Positions 35,601-42,722 of a stretch of 42,722 nt of DNA are shown one piece after another. A program made the translations under genes and the position numbers. The notes beneath the pieces were generated by a model. The model worked only from the letters and a program-made list of their open reading frames with translations, was not told the DNA's origin and ran no database searches. The stretch spans positions 29,741,188-29,783,909 of the forward strand of contig NC_068985.1 in the NCBI RefSeq assembly GCF_001194135.2, in the 5' to 3' direction. Source of the stretch: Octopus bimaculoides (Eukaryota). Positions within the stretch are counted from its first letter, which is position 1. Every line of letters starts with the position of its first letter.

Positions 35601-38600
35601 GCCTACATGTACATACACATCCGTTAACAGCTGGTTGATGCTACGGAATTTACCCTGTGAAAATAACACACAATTTAGATATAGAAAAACGATTTGGAAA
35701 TTAAATCAGTGATTTTGAAGAAAAATAGTGTCCCCTAAACCTTTGAAATAGTTTGATCTAAGAAATAGGAATTTTATTGATCCTTTTCTCAAGGGCACTT
35801 AGTGCATTTTGTCTGACGTGAACAATGAGATACAGAACTAAATAATTGTAAAGTATCTAAATCACTGTGTGTCTATTCTCTTTTACTTGTTTCAGTCATT
35901 TGACTGTGGCCATGCTGGAGCACCGCCTTTAGTCGAGCAAATCGACCTCAGGACTTATTCTTTGGAAGCCTAGTACTTATTCTATTGGTCTCTTTTGCCG
36001 AACCGCTAAGTTATGGGGACATAAACACACCACCATCGGTTGTCAAGCGATGTTGGCAGGGACAAACACAGACACACAAACATACACACACACACACATA
36101 TATATATATACATATATACAACGGGCTTCTTTCAGTTTCCATCCACCAAATCCACTCACAAGGCTTTGGTCGGCCCAAGGCTATAGTAGAAGACACTTGC
36201 CCAAGGTGCCACGCAGTGGGACTGAACCCAGAACCATGTGGTTGGTAAGCAAGCTACTTACCACACAGCCACTCCTACACCTATAAAATGTAAAGACAGA
36301 TGAAATACAGTTAAGCATTTCACCCAGCATGCTAACGTTTCTGCCAGAGGAATCCCTATTTTACTATACTTTTTCCCACTAAGAACCCCACTAGATTTTG
36401 CTTCTTACAGTTCACATTTTCCCTTCATTTCTACTTCATAAAACAAAACAGAAAAAAGGATAAAAGAGAATATAAAAGATAGATTTCATCAGCAACCGAG
36501 AGGCTGCTCATTCACCAGCACAGGATGGTAACTAGTTGAACTGATCCCTCATTTTATGTCCATGAAGATGTATAAAGGCAAGTACTAAAAATCTGTAGAT
36601 ATATTTCTGTAGTACAGTAAAGCACATAAGTGTGTGTGTGTGTGCATGTGTGTATTATCTACATTCATTTCTTTCTTTCTAGTCAGCTATAGAATACAAT
36701 GGCTGAAGAGATGCTTAACTTCATGTAAGACAAATGCTATCAGTGAGAATGCTGCTCCTGGCACCATCACATGTACAAAAAGCAAACGAAGTGCAGATCA
36801 CTCATCAAAATAAAAAAAAAAAACATATGAGAAGAGGAACAGCAAGGGCCTTTGAAACAAGTATGAAGCAGAACTGCTGCAAATCTTTGCTTTCAATTTA
36901 ATAGGCTAACATTTCTTGTTAAATTTTGCTTAATATTCTGTTTTTCAATTAATTCTGAAAATAATCAAGAATTTGGAGATATTTAGTAGAATAATTTTAC
37001 TTCTCATTATTAAGCTGGTGTTTGAAGTTTCTCATGTAAAATTATGATGGACGGTTTTAATTTAAACATAATTTTTTATGCAAAGTTTTCTATCACAGAA
37101 CCAGAGGCATTCTGAAGGAAGTTATTATCAAAAGGATTAACTAACAATAAGGCTGCCCTCTTAAACAGTCCTTTTGAATGTTGAGACACTATTTGTGACC
37201 TACTGAGAATGATCTACATACATTAACTCATAACATGGATTTAACTGGAAATCTTTCTCACTGAGAAGCAATATCATCAAAGCTTTAATATTTTTTTTCA
37301 TTATGAAGTATACACTTAGTTATTACACACTTAGATTCAATGAGAAGTATATAAAGGTGGAAGCAGACTAAGATATTTCATAATCACTGGTACAATTTAA
37401 GTTATTTAGAAACCATTGTGATGTGGAGTACTTGGTGCTAGTAAGATATGAAGAAAAATATTGAAAATAGAAGAATAAGAGAAAAATTGATTGAGAAGGA
37501 AAATGAGACAAAAAGAAAACAAAATGGAAGGAAATTAAGATAAAAAAAGAATAACGAGAAAAAAAGAAGAGGAAGAGAGAAGAGAGGATGGAAGAATGAA
37601 GCTAACAGAAAGACATAGACAAGAGGATAAAGAAGAAAGAGGAAGACAACCAAGACAAAAAGTACAGAATTGGAAGACGAGTCAGAAGAAGACAAAAGGC
37701 AACAAAGTAAAATAAAACAAAAACAAAATGAAAGAAAAATGGAGACTTCTCACCTCAATCACTAATTTGTCACCTTTCATATATTTTTTGGTACTCCTTT
37801 CACCGGTGAAAGGCTCAGCAACAGGGTCAGGGAAGTAAAGAAGAGGGCGGAACTCTGGATTATCTGAGAGATTTTTCAGTTGAACGACACCATCCATGAT
37901 GAAACCGTACTGCACCTCTTTGGGGCTTGTCAAAGACACCTGGTTTTCTCCAAAGTCCAATGATGGCATTCGGCATTCCAGCATGTTCTGGTGCTTTGAC
38001 TTGCAGGGCTGTTTTAATGATGTTTGGAATTTTTGAAAAAAAAAAAAAGTGAAAATAATTCTAGACTCAATGTACATTCCACTTAACTCTTCCATACCAT
38101 TAAATAAATCCCCTAAAAAATGATTTACTTAAACGTGGTTGTTCTTTTACGACAAATTATACTGCGGTAGATACCACGAGAGAAACTCTCATATTGACTT
38201 TTGATGCAAAATGCATACTTGTTTATATCACTAGCAGGGAGATAAATCCCTACCACCTCCAATGCCAAGATCACCAGACCATGTGATTTCAACTTTCCTT
38301 GGTCTCACCAATGATAGATGCTCGACTGCCAGAGATAACAGCAACTAATTTCCTTGCTAACAATATACAGAAAAACTGGCAGAACAAGCGCTGATGTTGC
38401 AATCAGCCAATGAGATTGTTAAAAAAATATATATTAACAACAGAGGCAGTATTAATACTGAGCGGTAATATTTATCCCCACTTAAATGTGGCTGTTCTAT
38501 TAGAACAAATTATACAGCAGTACATATTTTTCTCACATACGTAGTCAATATTTAAAAGTTGAGGTGGGCTGCACCTGCGTACCTCAGTTGCTATGGCATT

Positions 38601-41600
38601 GAGTTAGATCCAGCCACCCCCATTAACGAGGACAAAACCCGGATTTAAAACACATGTGGCATCTAAGAACAACAACTATGCCTGAGATCATTGGAGCTTT
38701 GGAGATAATTCCACATGGCACTCTTAAATACTACAATAAAGAGTTTAGGAAAATCACACAAGGTGACAAATGCTGGACATTATTTCTTTTTACAATTTAA
38801 TAAACTAAATCATAAAAATAATAAATAACTAATTATAAGAGGTTATATTCTATCAGTTGATAACATTTTATATACAATGTGAAAATCAGATATACCACTG
38901 ACCGCTCTTGTGTGATCCAAAATAAAGCTGTAGAGCTTTATTGCATTGAAGGAGATTTACAAAAGACATGCATTTCCTAATATCAGATTTAAGTGAAAAT
39001 GTTGACTTAGCGATGGACAGTGACCAAGAGGAAAATAAGACTAGTCAGTGAAAAGCTCACAATCTATTATGTTATGAACTACCATTTATGGAAAATGGAA
39101 GAGAATGTCAAAGAAGAGGTGTGCACATGCATGTGTTGTGTGTGTGTGTGTGTGTGTGTAACAGCAGTTCATTTGATATGAAGGTCATCACACACAGGCA
39201 TGTACCAGTGACTGGATATTTTCTTCAGCCACAAAGGATTACTATCACATACAACTGTCACTAAACAGATTAGTAGAATATTATAATAGATGAGGTGAAA
39301 CTAAACTATAAAGAAATCTCTAAAAGACAACTCACTGATTCCTTCATGGTGCTGTTGTATTTGATAAACAGTTTTGGTTCTTGAATAAGATTCAAATTGG
39401 TTCCTGTTACAGTCAATGTTGTCCCTCCACTAATGAAGAAAGAGATAGAAGAAACAACAATAAAAATAAAAATAATGATAATAATGATCTTCCACTGTAT
39501 CTACTAGAGCAGAGGTTCTCAAACTTTTTGGGTCACAGCCCCCCCCCCCATGGCCACGTGATACCCACAGCACCCCCACCCCTATTTTTATGCATAAATA
39601 TTTTATATTTTACTAATTTATATATACTATGAATCATTTGACATTTAATATAATATTATGTAATTTGTATACAATACTATAATAATATAATAAATTCACA
39701 GCATCCCACAATTCACTTCCTTCCTCCCAAGGTCTCCTTTTTCCCTCCCACTAAGGCACCAGCGCCCACCTGGACTGTCTCAATGCCCAATGGAAGGCAG
39801 TAGCACCCACTTTGAGAACCTATGTACTAGAGGCACAAGGCATTGGCAGAATTTGAGATCATGATGTAATGAATCAGATGGAATATTACTAAGCATTTTG
39901 TCTGGCATGCAAAATATTCTGCCAGCTTGACACCCTAATAATAATGATAATTCTTACTATAGGTGCAAACATGGCTGTGTGGTAAAGAAGCTTGCCTCCT
40001 CACCACATGGTTCCAGGTTCAGTCCCACTGTATGCTACCTTGGGCAAGTGTCTTCTACTATAGCCTTGTGAGTAGATTTGGTAGACGGAAACTTAAAGAA
40101 GCCTGTCGAATATGTATATATCTATGTGTGTGTGTGTGTGTGTCTTTGTGTCTGTGTTTGTCCCCTGCCACTGTTTGACAACTGGTGCTGGCATGTTTAC
40201 ATCCCCATAACTTAGCAGTTCGTCAAAAGAGACTGATAGAATAAGCACCAGGCTGGAAGAAAAGAGGTACTGTGGTTGGGTCATTCGATTTAAAATTCTT
40301 CAAGGTGGTGCCCCAGCATGGCTAAAGTCTAATGGTTGAAACATGTACAAGATAAAAGATAAAAGACACTATAGACAAAAAAAGGGGTACCTAATTTCTG
40401 GGTGGTTGGATTTGTAAGACAGGGGTGGGATGTAAGACATTTAGTCACAGGCTGCAAGAGATATAAAACTTTGTGTCTGTGTCAAGATATTTAACTCTCA
40501 AGTGAGCACAATCCACCTAGCAATATCTAGGTACCACATGTTAGGAAACAAAAGCATTGACAATGTACCGAAATTGACAAATAGTATGTTAGCTTGCAGA
40601 AGGCTGAATTGTTAGGAAACAAGACCTGAAATTTTGATCACATCAATGCCAATACTCAACTGGTGTGTATTTCATTAACCTCAAAAGAATGAAAGATAAA
40701 GTCGACTGTAGTGGAATTTGAACTCAGAACATAAAGCCATAAGAAATATTGCTTAGCACAGAAAAGAAGAACCTTCTGTGTGATGAGTTTGTACGGAGTG
40801 GCTGTGTGGTAAGTAGCTTGCTTACCAACCACATGGTTCCGGGTTCAGTCCCACTGTGTGGCACCTTGGGCAAGTGTCTTCTAATATAGCCTTGGGCTGA
40901 CCAAAGCCCTGTGAGTGGATTTGGTAGGCGGAAACTGAAAGAAGCCCGTCGTATATATATGTATATATATATATGTATGTGTGTGTATATGTTTGCGTGT
41001 CTGCGTTTGTCCCCCCCAACATCGCTTGACAACCGATGCTGGTGTGTTTATGTCCCCATAACTTAGCAGTTCGGCAAAAGAGACCGATAGAATAAGTACT
41101 AGGCTTCCAAAGAATAAGTCCTGGGGTCGATTTGCTCGACTAAAGGTGGTGCTCCAGCATGACCACAATCAAATGACTGAAACTAGTAAAAGAGTAAAAA
41201 TAGAGAGAAAATGAAAAACAAGGCAGGTGTCATACCTGAGAATACTTCTATTAGGTTCCACCATTGTAATGGTTGGATCTTCAACAAATTCAAACTTCTC
41301 ATCAAGGTGCTTCAGTAATCCTCCGAAACTTACTGACACATCAGCTGCTGTAATGGAACCCTCTGCTGAAGTAACACACTCAATAACTGAGGTGTTTTGA
41401 CTGTGAAGATAAAAAGATATTTAAAAAAATCAACAAAAAATAAAATAAGAATTGAAGACAGTGAATAAATAATGGTTTAAAATTTTGGTATAAGGCCCAA
41501 CAGCTTGGGGAAGGGGCTAAAGTTGATTAAATCGATTCCAGTGCTCAACTGGTACTTATTTTATTGACCCTGAAAGGATGAAAGGTAAATTTGACCTTGG

Positions 41601-42348
41601 TAGAATTTGAACTCAGAACATAAAGATAAACGAAATGTTGCTAAACATTTTGCCCAGCATGGGACATGGAATTGCAAGAATACTTTTTTTCCAACTACTG
41701 TGGGGTATACATTTTTCTGGAAAGTTATAGTGAGGCCTAGGGAAAAAATAAATTGGGGAAACACCGATCTAATCCTTCCTCCTGTGCACTGATACCTGGA
41801 AGTGTTCTCACTTCACTCCAGCCAATGCTTTATCTAAAGGCATTGACCTACAGATGTTCAAAATGTACCTCAACAGCAGGAAAGTCACTAGGAGAAGAAA
41901 AGTACTGCTCAGTCTCTTCTGACTAAAAAAATTACAAACTAATAATAATAATAATAATAATGATACTTTTTACTATAGGCACAAGGCCTAAAATTTTGGG
42001 AGTGTGGACTAGTTGATAAGTACATGCTCAGCATGTACTTATTTTATTGACTCCGTGAAAGGACAAAAGACAAAGAGGGCCAAGTGGAATTTGAACTCAA
42101 AATATAAAGTTGGAAGAAATGCTGCTAAGCATTTTGTTCAGTGTGCTAATGGCTCTGCCACCGCACAAACTAAAACAACAATAATAATAATAAAACTATT
42201 AAATATCTTACCTTACAACTTCACAGGGGTTGCTACCGACAATGATGTCCCATCTACTACCTGCATTCATATGGTCACCATGGATCATCACATGGGTTCC
42301 ACCAGATTTTGGACCCTTTTTCGGAGTGATCTCCTTCAAAGATGGGGT
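26130..42348 (-). CDS. MET-like: MET/RON (HGF-receptor) family receptor tyrosine kinase, predicted pseudokinase; 3' portion, 13 exons, 684 aa in window (3 IPT domains, TM, kinase-like domain); 5' exons outside window
   Basis: Manual splicing gives one open frame with canonical GT-AG sites and matching phases, 2055 nt in total. IPT motifs (PSLKEITPKKGPKSGGTHV; DPTITMVEPNRSILSGGTTLTVTGTNL), a TM helix, and MET-family kinase signatures (AKLPVKWMAPES, WELLTRGVTPYPDV). Confidence 0.93.
26393..26628 (-). mobile_element. SINE family C in the last RTK intron
   Basis: Full family C consensus motifs. Confidence 0.8.
26675..27099 (+). mobile_element. Family D LINE 3' end with internal sub-repeats and (GAT)n tail
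   Basis: Longest copy; repeats GTTGCCAGT...GACTGG...GGTGG units; tail identical to the 2272 copy. Confidence 0.75.
27316..27603 (-). mobile_element. SINE family A, old diverged copy
   Basis: CTTTTACTTGTTTCA tail and GCTATAGTAGAAGA...TGCCCAAGG body. Confidence 0.6.
27733..27869 (-). CDS. RTK exon L: subdomains IX-X (WSYGVVLWELLTRGVTPYPDVVPWDVHSYLQSGRRMQKPKHCPEF)
   Basis: Acceptor tcattgcAG, donor GTAAGT; 137 nt, phase 0 to 2; the MET-family ELxTRGxxPYPDV motif is present. Confidence 0.94.
28424..28640 (-). mobile_element. SINE family C
   Basis: Family C consensus motifs. Confidence 0.8.
29141..29303 (-). CDS. RTK exon K: DFG-equivalent and activation loop (TVKLTDIGLTNELFSKDFYFTEDHTAKLPVKWMAPES...TQTDV)
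   Basis: Lies inside ORF 29120-29428; acceptor tacccatcAG, donor GTAAGC; 163 nt, phase 2 to 0. Confidence 0.94.
29515..29641. repeat. (GAT/GGT)n low-complexity tract in the intron after the catalytic-loop exon
   Basis: Seen directly. Confidence 0.8.
29657..29766 (-). CDS. RTK exon J: catalytic loop (SLSVCTLLDYGLQVAEGMTYLSELKVIHHNLAARNC)
   Basis: Acceptor tttgttgccAG, donor GTAAGT; 110 nt, phase 0 to 2; HHNLAARN replaces HRDLAARN. Confidence 0.94.
29910..30094 (-). CDS. RTK exon I: alphaC to hinge (QQFLRDSLVFKELQHKNVLPIFGVC...PYMETVDLRTHIRDSSK)
   Basis: Acceptor ctaccacAG, donor GTAAGT; 185 nt, phase 1 to 0. Confidence 0.92.
30196..30312 (-). mobile_element. SINE family C fragment
   Basis: GGTACTTATTTCATCGACCCC...GATGAAAGGTAAAGTTGACC...ATTTGAACTCA. 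Confidence 0.65.
30441..30615. repeat. Inverted dimer of family D tails forming an 81-bp hairpin (7 mismatches, 13-nt loop) in the RTK intron between the VAVK and alphaC exons
   Basis: Arm 30441-30521 against the reverse complement of 30535-30615: 74 of 81 identical by manual alignment. Confidence 0.9.
31398..31481 (-). CDS. RTK exon H: glycine loop and VAVK lysine (GNFGVAYKAQFTKCDSEPPMTVAVKSLQ)
   Basis: Acceptor tcacaacAG, donor GTAAAT; 84 nt, phase 1 to 1; GxGxxG and VAVK are intact. Confidence 0.93.
33331..33450 (-). CDS. RTK exon G: juxtamembrane region to kinase subdomain I (DSSQYISELL...LDIGELLGKG)
   Basis: Acceptor ttttcattAG, donor GTAAGC; 120 nt, phase 1 to 1. Confidence 0.9.
33498..33630 (-). 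mobile_element. SINE family C, diverged fragment
   Basis: TTTCTAATTTTGGT...TTGATCCTAGGGGAATAAAxCACAAGGTTGACCTTGGCAGAAT. Confidence 0.55.
34085..34223. repeat. GA-rich minisatellite, about 4 units of about 32 bp (GAGAGAGATTTTTGAGAGATGGCAAA)
   Basis: Direct tandem repeats seen; TC-rich on the RTK sense strand just downstream of the TM-exon donor. Confidence 0.85.
34298..34562 (-). CDS. RTK exon F: end of IPT, transmembrane helix (IALGIILGVALPMLTIIILLTVCVV), basic stop-transfer RRH and start of juxtamembrane region
   Basis: Acceptor cttccttctctAG, donor GTAGGT (an alternative in-frame GTACGA lies 9 nt upstream); 265 nt, phase 0 to 1. Confidence 0.9.
34767..34991. mobile_element. piggyBac-like MITE (TTAA-flanked)
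   Basis: Ends TTAAAGCCTTTGTTGCC and GGTATCAAAGGGTTAA; the internal TCATTATTAAGCTGGTGTTTG recurs near 37005 and, inverted, near 30180. Confidence 0.6.
35499..35654 (-). CDS. RTK exon E: last IPT (GKFRSINQLLTDVYVHVGNSLC...LMCTPP...APVV)
   Basis: Lies inside ORF 35424-35669; acceptor ttttcacAG, donor GTAAGT; 156 nt, phase 0 to 0. Confidence 0.9.
35876..36278 (-). mobile_element. SINE family A, young full-length copy
   Basis: Near-identical to 957-1348; inverted relative to 40795-41194. Confidence 0.88.
36895..37140. mobile_element. Second, more diverged copy of the TTAA MITE
   Basis: Shares CATTATTAAGCTGGTGTTTG and a right end ATCAAAAGGATTAA with 34767-34991. Confidence 0.4.
37754..38008 (-). 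CDS. RTK exon D: IPT (PCKSKHQNMLECRMPSLDF...YFPDPVAEPF...KLVIE)
   Basis: Lies inside ORF 37682-38095; acceptor aaaacAG, donor GTGAGA; 255 nt, phase 0 to 0. Confidence 0.88.
39336..39429 (-). CDS. RTK exon C: IPT (SGGTTLTVTGTNLNLIQEPKLFIKYNSTMKES)
   Basis: Acceptor ttcttcattAG, donor GTGAGT; 94 nt, phase 2 to 0; GGTxLTVTGTNL IPT motif. Confidence 0.92.
39510..39824. mobile_element. hAT (Buster/Charlie-type) MITE, 315 bp
   Basis: TIRs CAGAGGTTCTCAAA and TTTGAGAACCTATG (13 of 14 match); perfect 8-bp TSD TACTAGAG (39502-39509 and 39825-39832) with central TA. Confidence 0.88.
39961..40358 (+). mobile_element. SINE family A, moderately diverged
   Basis: TGGCTGTGTGGTAAAGAAGCTTGC head, CCTTGGGCAAGTGTCTTCTACTATAGCC core, family A tail. 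Confidence 0.8.
40640..40762 (-). mobile_element. SINE family C fragment
   Basis: CTCAACTGGT...AAAAGAATGAAAGATAAAGTCGAC...GGAATTTGAACTCAGAAC. Confidence 0.65.
40795..41194 (+). mobile_element. SINE family A, young full-length copy
   Basis: Complete head, microsatellite and tail; highly similar to the reverse complement of 35876-36278. Confidence 0.88.
41236..41400 (-). CDS. RTK exon B: IPT end and next IPT start (SQNTSVIECVTSAEG...FEFVEDPTITMVEPNRSIL)
   Basis: Acceptor atcttcacAG, donor GTATGA; 165 nt, phase 2 to 2; open in frame. Confidence 0.9.
41473..41660 (-). mobile_element. SINE family C
   Basis: Family C consensus motifs. Confidence 0.75.
41968..42165 (-). mobile_element. SINE family C
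   Basis: CTACTATAGGCACAAGGCC-type end and GGAATTTGAACTC B-box. Confidence 0.7.
42212..42348 (-). CDS. RTK exon A: start of IPT domain (TPSLKEITPKKGPKSGGTHVMIHGDHMNAGSRWDIIVGSNPCEVV)
   Basis: Acceptor tttctttcacAG, donor GTAAGA; 137 nt, phase 0 to 2; typical IPT/TIG start motif. Confidence 0.9.
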
Positions 42349-42488
42349 CTGTGAAAGAAAAGAAAAAAATAATTAAACGGAAATGATTATTTGTAGTAAT
42401 TCACCATGAATTCTTAGGTTACACAAACATGACAATTAGTGATCTTGTATGAAATCTATGCATTGTAATTTCACATGAAATGCATGCA

Positions 42489-42560
42489 GGCTTTCCAGAC
42501 CTCAGTCAAACCATCCAACCCATGCCAGCATGGAAAACGGACGTTAAACAATGATGATGA
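42489..42560 (+). mobile_element. Family D tail fragment (same subfamily as the hairpin arms at 30441-30615)
   Basis: GGCTTTCCAGACCTCAGTCAAA...CCAGCATGGAAAACGGACGTTAAACAATGATGATGAT. Confidence 0.7.
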
Positions 42561-42722
42561 TACATACTTTGTTTGGAACAGTGGATCTCTAAGTAAATAA
42601 AGCTATTAATAAGAGAACGTAAATATTAGCTTGAAAAACCATTTTGGATAGGAGCGAGAAGGAAGCGATTGGGAGCAAGCAAAGAGAATGCGGACGCCTC
42701 GGCGGCGGACTGCCGCCGCCGA

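Noticed and set aside
38890-38990. Possible extra RTK exon (EMHVFCKSPSMQ-like)
   Set aside because: That frame contains a stop, and the neighbouring exons already join in phase without it.
26130-42348. Calling the gene a plexin or a pseudogene
   Set aside because: IPT repeats are shared with plexins, but the cytoplasmic part is a tyrosine-kinase fold rather than a GAP. There are no stops, frameshifts or broken splice sites in 13 exons.

Overview
Eukaryotic, AT-rich, gapped draft sequence. The SINE, LINE-tail and microsatellite repertoire suggests an octopus (coleoid cephalopod); this is an inference. The right 16.2 kb (26130-42348, minus strand) holds the last 13 coding exons of a MET/RON-family receptor tyrosine kinase. 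I reconstructed them by hand: all introns are GT-AG and phase-compatible, giving 2055 nt (684 aa plus stop) that encode three IPT/TIG domains, a TM helix, the juxtamembrane region and a kinase domain. The Sema/PSI exons must lie beyond the right edge. The frame is intact but the kinase looks like a pseudokinase: HRD is HHN, DFG is DIG, the alphaC Glu is Asp, and activation-loop and docking tyrosines are lost. The HHN codons (CAT CAC AAT) are two A-to-G changes from HRD (CAT CGC GAT), and an 81-bp intronic hairpin lies about 0.76 kb upstream, so A-to-I editing might switch the catalytic loop back on (a hypothesis only). The left 26 kb has no recognisable host coding exon. It contains a CRE/ETS promoter-like first exon at the left edge, a CpG-rich island near 10.8 kb, a full-length decayed DD36E Tc1-like transposon, a decayed zinc-knuckle ORF1/gag-like element with no visible pol, an RTE LINE fossil, three long fold-back palindromes, three tRNA-derived SINE families and many microsatellites. 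No rRNA, true tRNA or CRISPR array was found.
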